From positions 3,570,001 to 3,602,000 of the forward strand of contig NC_014033.1 in assembly GCF_000025925.1 (NCBI RefSeq): a DNA stretch of 32,000 bases, in the 5' to 3' direction. This DNA is from Xylanibacter ruminicola 23 (GTDB lineage: Bacteria > Bacteroidota > Bacteroidia > Bacteroidales > Bacteroidaceae). Position 1 is the first letter of the stretch. The number at the start of each line of letters is the position of its first letter. The translations under genes and the position numbers were made by a program. This document shows positions 7,818 to 14,283 of the stretch, piece by piece. The notes under the pieces are model-generated. The model saw only the letters and a program-made list of their open reading frames with translations, did not search any database and was not told the DNA's origin.

Positions 7818-8864
7818 ATGGAGAAGGAAATGAATTTTCTGGATAGAAATGAGTTTAATTTCGAACCCAGTGAGAAGGTGGTAGAAGCTATCCGCAATTT
7901 TGACCCAAAGACATTGTGTTTTTATACCCGCATTTACGATCAAGGCAAGAAAAGCGTTGTATCGGTAAAGTTGAGCGAGATATACGGCGTACCCGAAGAG
8001 CAGGTACTGCTGGCTTATGGTGGTGAGGACATTCTGAAGAATGCCATTCACTACTACCTGATGAAAGGCGACAACAAGAAAATACTGATACCCGAATACT
8101 CATGGTGGTACTACAACAAGGTGGCTGCTGAGTGCTACGGTACCTTTGAGATGTACCCCCTGCACGAACAGGAGGATACCTTTGCCTATGATGTGGATGA
8201 GGTGATAGAATATACCAACCGCATTCATCCCCGTATGCTGCTGTTGGCATCGCCTAACAACCCCACGGGTAACTGCTTGACACCCGAGGAGATCGGACGT
8301 ATCATGGAGAACATCCCCAGCGATACAATGGTGCTGATAGATGAGGCTTATGCCAGCTTTATTACCAGCGATACCGACTATATCGCACCACTGGTAAACA
8401 AATACCGCAACCTGATTATATCGCGTACGCTGAGTAAGTTCTACGGACTGCCCGGACTGCGTTGTGGCTTTGGCTTTATCGGTGCCGGACACGATCATTT
8501 TGTAAGCTATATCAACAAGTACTTGGGTTACAACCGCTTCTCGGAGGCTGTGGCTTTGGCTGCGCTCGATAGCGATGAGCACTACCGTAAGGTGGCCGAC
8601 GATATGGAGTGGGGCCGACAGCTGTACAAGAAAGCACTGGGCGACAAGCCTGGCTTTAAGGTGTATAAGAGTGTGGCCAACTTTATCCTGATAAAATATC
8701 CTGTAGAGATTAAGGAGGCCCTGCAGAAGGCGCTGGCCGACCAGAACTACAAGATTAAGTTTATGAGCGATAAGGGCCTGGAGGAGTGTGTGCGTATTAC
8801 CTTGGGTCGCAAGGAGCAGACACAGGTTGTAGTGGATACCATACTGAGAGTAATTGAACATTGA
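7818..8864 (+). CDS. Class I/II PLP-dependent enzyme of the HisC/CobD family (aminotransferase or phospho-amino-acid decarboxylase)
   Basis: Contains LLASPNNPTGN, LIDEAYASF and SRTLSKFYGLPGLRCGFG (PLP lysine in SK). The layout is typical of the histidinol-phosphate aminotransferase family. An alternative ATG lies at 7830. Confidence 0.8.
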   Translation: MEKEMNFLDRNEFNFEPSEKVVEAIRNFDPKTLCFYTRIYDQGKKSVVSVKLSEIYGVPEEQVLLAYGGEDILKNAIHYYLMKGDNKKILIPEYSWWYYNKVAAECYGTFEMYPLHEQEDTFAYDVDEVIEYTNRIHPRMLLLASPNNPTGNCLTPEEIGRIMENIPSDTMVLIDEAYASFITSDTDYIAPLVNKYRNLIISRTLSKFYGLPGLRCGFGFIGAGHDHFVSYINKYLGYNRFSEAVALAALDSDEHYRKVADDMEWGRQLYKKALGDKPGFKVYKSVANFILIKYPVEIKEALQKALADQNYKIKFMSDKGLEECVRITLGRKEQTQVVVDTILRVIEH

Positions 8865-8883
8865 CCATTGACCATTGAACATT
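8853..8883. repeat. Tandem heptamer array ATTGAAC-ATTGACC-ATTGACC-ATTGAAC-ATT
   Basis: Read directly. It spans the upstream stop codon (8862-8864) and ends 1 nt before the ATG at 8884. It places TGA in all three plus-strand frames (8855, 8862, 8869, 8876). Confidence 0.95.
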
Positions 8884-9612
8884 ATGATAGGTGTGATATT
8901 GGCGGCGGGAATGGCCAAGAGACTGCGCCCGCTTACTGACGAGAAACCCAAATGCCTGCTGGAGGTTGGTGGTAAAACGCTGTTGCAGCGTACGGTTGAC
9001 GCGATGATAAGCGCCGGCGTAAAGGAGTTTGTGGTAGTAACAGGCTATCGCGAAAACATGATTCGTGAATTCCTAACTGTCAATTATCAATTGTCAATTA
9101 TCAATTATATCGACAACGTCGATTTTGAGCATAACAACAACATTTTCTCGTTGTGGCTGGCCATGCAGAAACTGCACGGACAAGAGGTGCTGCTGATGGA
9201 TAGCGACATACTGTGCGATCCAGAGGCTGTGCGCCGTGTGGCCCGTAAAACCAACCCCGCCTTGGCCATGCAGCAGCACGAGCTGGGCGAGGAGGAGATG
9301 AAGATTGTGGTTGACGAGGCCGGACGTATTACTGAGATAAGCAAAACCTGCAGTCCTGCCGACGCCATTGGCGAGAGTGTGGGTATCGAGAAGATGACAC
9401 CCGCCTATACCGAGGCCATCTATCAGGAACTGCGCAAGATGATATTGGATGAGAACCTGATAGATATCTTCTACGAGCGCGCCTTTGAGCGACTGATTCC
9501 ACAAGGACATACGTTTGAAGTGGTAGATACCACCGACCTGTTCAGTTACGAGCTCGACACCCCCGAGGACTTGGAAAAAGCTTCGGCTGCATTACCAAAA
9601 GAATTGTATTAA
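8884..9612 (+). CDS. LicC-like nucleotidyltransferase (phospho-base/phospho-alcohol cytidylyltransferase family)
   Basis: Contains MIGVILAAGMAKRLRPLTDEKPKCLL (nucleotide-binding loop), NNNIFSLWLA (LicC-like) and MDSDIL. ATG at 8884 is preferred over the TTG at 8875. Confidence 0.8.
   Translation: MIGVILAAGMAKRLRPLTDEKPKCLLEVGGKTLLQRTVDAMISAGVKEFVVVTGYRENMIREFLTVNYQLSIINYIDNVDFEHNNNIFSLWLAMQKLHGQEVLLMDSDILCDPEAVRRVARKTNPALAMQQHELGEEEMKIVVDEAGRITEISKTCSPADAIGESVGIEKMTPAYTEAIYQELRKMILDENLIDIFYERAFERLIPQGHTFEVVDTTDLFSYELDTPEDLEKASAALPKELY
9079..9108. repeat. Exact 14-bp tandem duplication GTCAATTATCAATT x2, equivalent to four CAATTRT heptamers, inside the LicC-like CDS
   Basis: Read directly: 9079-9092 equals 9093-9106. 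The heptamer phasing is CAATTAT, CAATTGT, CAATTAT, CAATTAT over 9081-9108. Confidence 0.95.
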
Positions 9613-9613
9613 T

Positions 9614-10495
9614 ATGGATAAACCTCTGTTCTCGATATTGATCCCTACCTGGAACAACCTGAAGTTCCTGAAGATTTGTGTGGATAGCATCCGCAAAAAC
9701 TCGACGTATCCGCACGAGATTCTGATTCATGTGAACGATGGTAGCGACGGCACGCTGGAGTGGGTAAAGGCCGAGGGACTGAAATATACGCACTCGCCCG
9801 AGAACATCGGTGTGTGCTTTGCACTGAACGGTTTGCGCCCATTGGCCACCACCGACTACATACTGTTTATGAACGACGATATGTATGTGTTGCCCGACTG
9901 GGATAAGAACCTGTACGAGGAGATAGAGCGTATCGGACATAAGATGTTCTTCCTGTCATCTACCCTGATTCAGCCACGCCCATTCTTCTGTAAGAGCGTG
10001 ATTGCACCAGCCGACTTTGGACAGACCGTAGAGACCTTTGACGAACAGAGACTGCTGAACGAATATAAGAACCTGCCACACTACGATTGGAAGGGCGCTA
10101 CATGGCCACCAAACGTGGTGCATAAGGATATCTGGGACTTGGTAGGCGGCTACTCGATTGAGTATTCGCCAGGCATGTATAGCGATCCCGACTTCTCGGC
10201 TAAGCTGTGGAAGGCGGGTGTAAGAATCTTCAAAGGCATTGATAAGAGTCGTGTGTACCATTTTGAGGCACGCTCAACCCATCGCATTGTGAAGAACGAT
10301 GGCAGTACGCAGTTTCTGAGAAAATGGGGCATCACATCGGCATCGTTTATGCGCGATGTGCTGCAGCGCGGCGAACGCTGGGACAGCCAGAACGACACCA
10401 GTGCCGCCCTGAAGAAAGACCTGACAAGAAGTAAGCTGAAGAAAGCCCTGACGATATTCCGTGATGTGAAAATCAAGAATATCTGGGAGGATTAA
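9614..10495 (+). CDS. Glycosyltransferase family 2
   Basis: Contains FSILIPTWNN, VNDGSDGT and MNDDMYVLPDW (DxD). It starts 1 nt after the LicC-like stop. Confidence 0.8.
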   Translation: MDKPLFSILIPTWNNLKFLKICVDSIRKNSTYPHEILIHVNDGSDGTLEWVKAEGLKYTHSPENIGVCFALNGLRPLATTDYILFMNDDMYVLPDWDKNLYEEIERIGHKMFFLSSTLIQPRPFFCKSVIAPADFGQTVETFDEQRLLNEYKNLPHYDWKGATWPPNVVHKDIWDLVGGYSIEYSPGMYSDPDFSAKLWKAGVRIFKGIDKSRVYHFEARSTHRIVKNDGSTQFLRKWGITSASFMRDVLQRGERWDSQNDTSAALKKDLTRSKLKKALTIFRDVKIKNIWED

Positions 10496-11325
10496 CCCTT
10501 CATATTGGCACGCTGATCATCGTACTGGCGATAGGGCAGCTGATAGTCGAGATAATGAAAATCGTGCTGTCGCTGTTCGTCGTGCTTTGGGATGGTCATA
10601 TAATCGCCGTATTTGGTAGCCAGGTAGGTATCGAAATGCTCAACGCCCATAAACGTGATATCCTCGAACTTGATGGGTGTGGGTTGACCTAATACAGCCT
10701 TGTTGATGATGCCGTTCTTGCCATCATCGTAATCGGCTATCAAATCGCACTTGTCGTAATCGTAGTGCATCATAATGCGGCGCATCTTCTGCTGCACATA
10801 GTGGTTGGTAAACAGCTTCTGGCACAGCAAAGGCACTACGGCACTGAGATCCTTACCATGTTTGAACGGATCGCGGTGGATGTAGTAGATAACACGCTTC
10901 CAGAACTCGTAGCGCGCAAAGTTAAGGCGCTGCAACAGTTTGTTGGCACAAACACCATCCAAGGGGAACACATCGATATACAAACCACCGATATAGTTGA
11001 TATGCTCGCGTTCAATCAGCGTGGTGCTGGCATCCTGGATTTTACCGAAGGGACCTGGGTAGTTGGGATCGGTCTCGGCACAAACGGCCTCGAATGGCTT
11101 GGGCAGCCACTCGTGGGCATGAGCCATCAGTGTGTCGTAATCCTTACGGGGCATGGCGATATCCATATCATCATCCCAGGGAATAAAGCCCTTGTGGCGC
11201 ACTGCACCCAGCATGGTGCCTGCCCAGAGATAATAGCGCAGGTTGTGTTCCTGACATACTTTATCGACGGCCTGAAGAATCTTCAGGATGTGGAGTTGAA
11301 GGGGACGGATATCGTAACTTGCCAT
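10492..11325 (-). CDS. LicD-family phosphotransferase (CDP-X:glycan phospho-X transferase)
   Basis: Contains YYLWAGTMLGAVRHKGFIPWDDDMDIAMPRKDY (LicD signature with DxD), then YIDVFPLD. It overlaps the converging GT2 by 4 nt. Confidence 0.8.
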   Translation of the reverse strand: MASYDIRPLQLHILKILQAVDKVCQEHNLRYYLWAGTMLGAVRHKGFIPWDDDMDIAMPRKDYDTLMAHAHEWLPKPFEAVCAETDPNYPGPFGKIQDASTTLIEREHINYIGGLYIDVFPLDGVCANKLLQRLNFARYEFWKRVIYYIHRDPFKHGKDLSAVVPLLCQKLFTNHYVQQKMRRIMMHYDYDKCDLIADYDDGKNGIINKAVLGQPTPIKFEDITFMGVEHFDTYLATKYGDYMTIPKHDEQRQHDFHYLDYQLPYRQYDDQRANMKG

Positions 11326-11356
11326 AAAACTATTGTTATTTGTTTATATTTCGTGG

Positions 11357-11364
11357 CAAAGGTA
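11357..11364 (-). promoter_or_regulatory. -7 promoter box (TACCTTTG on minus strand) for the LicD-family gene
   Basis: Exact TAnnTTTG 31 nt upstream of the ATG at 11325. Confidence 0.55.
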
Positions 11365-11418
11365 CGCAAAAAACTGCATATTTCAATAAAAACGCTTGTG
11401 AGATTGCAAATAATTATA

Positions 11419-11426
11419 TAATTTTG
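11419..11426 (+). promoter_or_regulatory. -7 promoter box (TAATTTTG) for the LpxL-like gene
   Basis: Exact TAnnTTTG, but only 5 nt lie before the ATG at 11432. This implies a leaderless or near-leaderless mRNA, or another promoter. Confidence 0.4.
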
Positions 11427-11431
11427 CATCC

Positions 11432-12406
11432 ATGAAGGTTCTCTACTATATTGTTTTAGCCGTTTGGTATGTGTTCTCATTACTGCCATTACGTGTACAT
11501 TACTTCATCAGCGACCTGCTGTTCTGGTTGCTGTATGGCGTATTGGGCTATCGTAAGAAGGTGATAAGAAGAAACATCAAAGAGTCGTTCCCCGAGAAAA
11601 CTGATGACGAGAGATACAGGATAGAACGCGGATTCTACCACTTTTTCTGTGATTACATCGTGGAGAGTGTGAAACTGATGACGATGACACCCGAGAACCT
11701 GAAGCGCCGTATGGTGTTTAAGGGGGTAGAGCAGATTGATGAGGCTATCAATTCGGGGCAGTCGTGCGCCGTGTATCTGGGGCATCTGTGCAACTGGGAG
11801 TGGATAACATCGTTGCCACTCTGGATGAAGTCGGACGCGCAATTAGGACAGATTTATCATCCTATCGAGAATAAGGATTTCGACCGCTTGTTCCTGCGCT
11901 CGCGCCAGCGTATGGGAGCCGTTTGTATCCCCATGCAGGATACGCTGCGAAGAATGGTGGAGTACCGCAGGGCTAAGCAGCCTATCGTTATCGGATTTAT
12001 CTCGGACCAGAAGCCCCATTGGGTGAATATCCACCACTGGATAGATTTCCTGCATCACGATACACCCGTGCTCACTGGTACTGAGCGTATTGCCAAGAAG
12101 ATGAATTATGCGGTGTTCTTCATGGATGTGCGTCGTGTAAAGCGTGGCTACTATGAGGCCGAAGTGATTCCTATGACCCGCGAGCCACAGCAGCTGAAGG
12201 ATTACGAACTCACAGATATGTACTTTGATTTGTTGGAGAAGAGCATCAAGCGTGCGCCTGAGTTCTGGTTGTGGAGTCACGACCGCTGGAAGCGTACACG
12301 TGCTGAGTTTAACGAGCGTTTCGAGGTGATCGACGGTAAGGTGATAGCTAAGGATCATCCCGACAATAAGCCCGCGCCTCCCAAGAAACCTTGGTATAAG
12401 TTCTAA
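11432..12406 (+). CDS. Lipid A late acyltransferase family (LpxL/HtrB-type lysophospholipid acyltransferase)
   Basis: N-terminal TM anchor, then the FPEK motif in RRNIKESFPEKTDDE, and GHLCNWEW (HX4E catalytic motif of the LpxL family). Confidence 0.75.
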   Translation: MKVLYYIVLAVWYVFSLLPLRVHYFISDLLFWLLYGVLGYRKKVIRRNIKESFPEKTDDERYRIERGFYHFFCDYIVESVKLMTMTPENLKRRMVFKGVEQIDEAINSGQSCAVYLGHLCNWEWITSLPLWMKSDAQLGQIYHPIENKDFDRLFLRSRQRMGAVCIPMQDTLRRMVEYRRAKQPIVIGFISDQKPHWVNIHHWIDFLHHDTPVLTGTERIAKKMNYAVFFMDVRRVKRGYYEAEVIPMTREPQQLKDYELTDMYFDLLEKSIKRAPEFWLWSHDRWKRTRAEFNERFEVIDGKVIAKDHPDNKPAPPKKPWYKF

Positions 12407-14283
12407 AGCAACTTGTTTTTGGTCATGCGCATCATATATTGTTGTATGATGGCTTTCAGCTCGCGTTCCATCTGCGCCTGCTGAGGTACCTTGCCCTTCA
12501 GGTTGTGCTGCATCAGACGGTCGGTTAACTGGTAAACACCCTTGGTTTGTTTGCCGTCGAACTGAAGCACATAACCGTATTTAGCGTACTGATAAATGCC
12601 GTTGAGGTAGTTAACCGCCCACGTATCGTTGGTGGGCGTGCTGAGCACGTCGATACCAAAGGCCATATAGGGCTTAGAGTAGCCTAACATGCCTAAGATG
12701 GTGGGCATGATATCTATCTGCTGGGCAATCTTCTCTTCCATTCGGCCTACAGGCTGCGAAGGATCGTAGATGATGATGGGCGAACAGAATCCACCCAGAT
12801 CGCTCTGATATTCAGCGTGGTCGCTCTGGTTGGTATGGTCGCTGGTAAGCACAAAGATGGTGTTATCAAACCAAGGCTGCTTACGGGCGGTGGCAAAGAA
12901 CTTGCCAAGGGCCATATCGGTATAGCGGATGCACTTCTGGATGGGCAGATGCTCCTCGGGGAACTGTGCCTTATACTGCTCGGGGATGGCGAATGGATGG
13001 TGACTGGAAGCTGAGAAGATAGCTGTCATAAACGGCTGCTGCATCTTACTCATCTCCTCAGCATAATACTGGAAGAAAGGCTCGTCCCAGATGGCCCAGG
13101 TACCATCGAAATCGTTAGTGCCACGAGCAGCCTCGTATTCGGTACGACCGTAATAACGCTGGAAGCCCGTCTTCTTGGCAAAGGCCTCGAAGCCCATCGA
13201 ACCATTCTGGGCCCCATGGAAGAAAGCTGTCTGGTATCCCTCGTTACCCAAGATGCCAGCCAGACCGGTATAATCGTTCATCGAGGCTGGGGTGAGGAAG
13301 AACGGCTCAACAAACATAGGGATGCTGGAGAGGATGCTGGGCATGCCGTCGATACTCTTTCGGCCGTTACAGAAACTGTAGCGGAAGGTGGTGCTGTGGG
13401 CAATGAGCGAATCAACACAAGGGGTATAGCCCTTGTACTTTCCGCCTTCCAAATCGTGATTGAGTGCACCGATATACTCGCGACCAAAACTCTCGATAAT
13501 CAAAACAACAACGTTCTTTTTTACCAATGTATCGGTCTGGGCTTTATGCTGTGGGGTGTAGATAGCTTCTAATTCAGTCTCGCTCTGATAATAGTTGGGC
13601 ACAGTGAATACGCTTTTGCCAATGGTGCGGATGAGCGAGAAGGGGGTGTTGAGCACCAAGGCGGCATCGGTAGGATGCTGGGCGTACTGGTTGGCATTTG
13701 ATACGGTGATGGGGCGAACGGCTGTGGTAAAACCACCGCGCATGCCGGCAATACTCAGAGGTGCGATAAGCAGCAAGCTGGCTAAGTTGGCTGCATGCTT
13801 GCGTCGGGGTAGGGCATATAGCTTGTAAAGGGCTATCATCACTACTACAAACAGCAGTACCAGATACCAGTGGTTGATGAACTCGGTGCCAAAAATGCTA
13901 CCTAAGTTGCCCTCGTTCGAGAACTCGCCGAACACCGTTGTAGTGGTGCGGCGCATGGTGTATTGGAAATAAACCGCATCGCCTAAGTTGATGGCTAAAG
14001 CAAGACCGTTGATGATGAGATACAGCCACTTAAGGGCTTTCTGACCTTTCAGCGTAAATGCCCCAACGGCTATCATCAGCACCACATAAAGCGCATTGGT
14101 ATAAACAATGGCTGAGGTGTCGAACAAGAGTCCGCCACAGAATACATCACTGTTATAATGGAGCAGTTGGGCGTTTTCGAAGAAATATGCCAATCGGGCT
14201 ATCTGGTAAACCACATAGACTAACAGGATGTTCCAGATAACGGCCACGATAGGGGCGTAGGGCTTGCTGAGAAGATGTTTCAT
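12403..14283 (-). CDS. LtaS/OpgB-like membrane phosphotransferase (sulfatase / alkaline-phosphatase superfamily), paralogue 1
   Basis: N-terminal polytopic domain followed by a sulfatase-type domain. Contains VVLIIESFGREY (metal Glu), GRKSIDG (candidate nucleophile Ser) and VLTSDHTN. Confidence 0.75.
   Translation of the reverse strand: MKHLLSKPYAPIVAVIWNILLVYVVYQIARLAYFFENAQLLHYNSDVFCGGLLFDTSAIVYTNALYVVLMIAVGAFTLKGQKALKWLYLIINGLALAINLGDAVYFQYTMRRTTTTVFGEFSNEGNLGSIFGTEFINHWYLVLLFVVVMIALYKLYALPRRKHAANLASLLLIAPLSIAGMRGGFTTAVRPITVSNANQYAQHPTDAALVLNTPFSLIRTIGKSVFTVPNYYQSETELEAIYTPQHKAQTDTLVKKNVVVLIIESFGREYIGALNHDLEGGKYKGYTPCVDSLIAHSTTFRYSFCNGRKSIDGMPSILSSIPMFVEPFFLTPASMNDYTGLAGILGNEGYQTAFFHGAQNGSMGFEAFAKKTGFQRYYGRTEYEAARGTNDFDGTWAIWDEPFFQYYAEEMSKMQQPFMTAIFSASSHHPFAIPEQYKAQFPEEHLPIQKCIRYTDMALGKFFATARKQPWFDNTIFVLTSDHTNQSDHAEYQSDLGGFCSPIIIYDPSQPVGRMEEKIAQQIDIMPTILGMLGYSKPYMAFGIDVLSTPTNDTWAVNYLNGIYQYAKYGYVLQFDGKQTKGVYQLTDRLMQHNLKGKVPQQAQMERELKAIIQQYMMRMTKNKLL

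Noticed and set aside
8100-8951. 283-aa ORF antisense to the HisC-family gene
   Set aside because: The opposite strand encodes a motif-rich PLP enzyme, whereas this ORF has no recognisable motif, start context or promoter box. It is a typical shadow ORF of a codon-biased gene.
7818-11325. Classical lic1-type phosphocholine locus
   Set aside because: No licA-type choline kinase or licB-type permease is present in the window. A PLP enzyme occupies the first position instead, so a plain phosphocholine assignment is not supported. See the finding for the alternative.
10765-11421. 218-aa plus-strand ORF opposite the LicD-family gene and running through its promoter region
   Set aside because: The LicD signature is on the minus strand. 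This ORF crosses the minus-strand -7 box and has no motif of its own.
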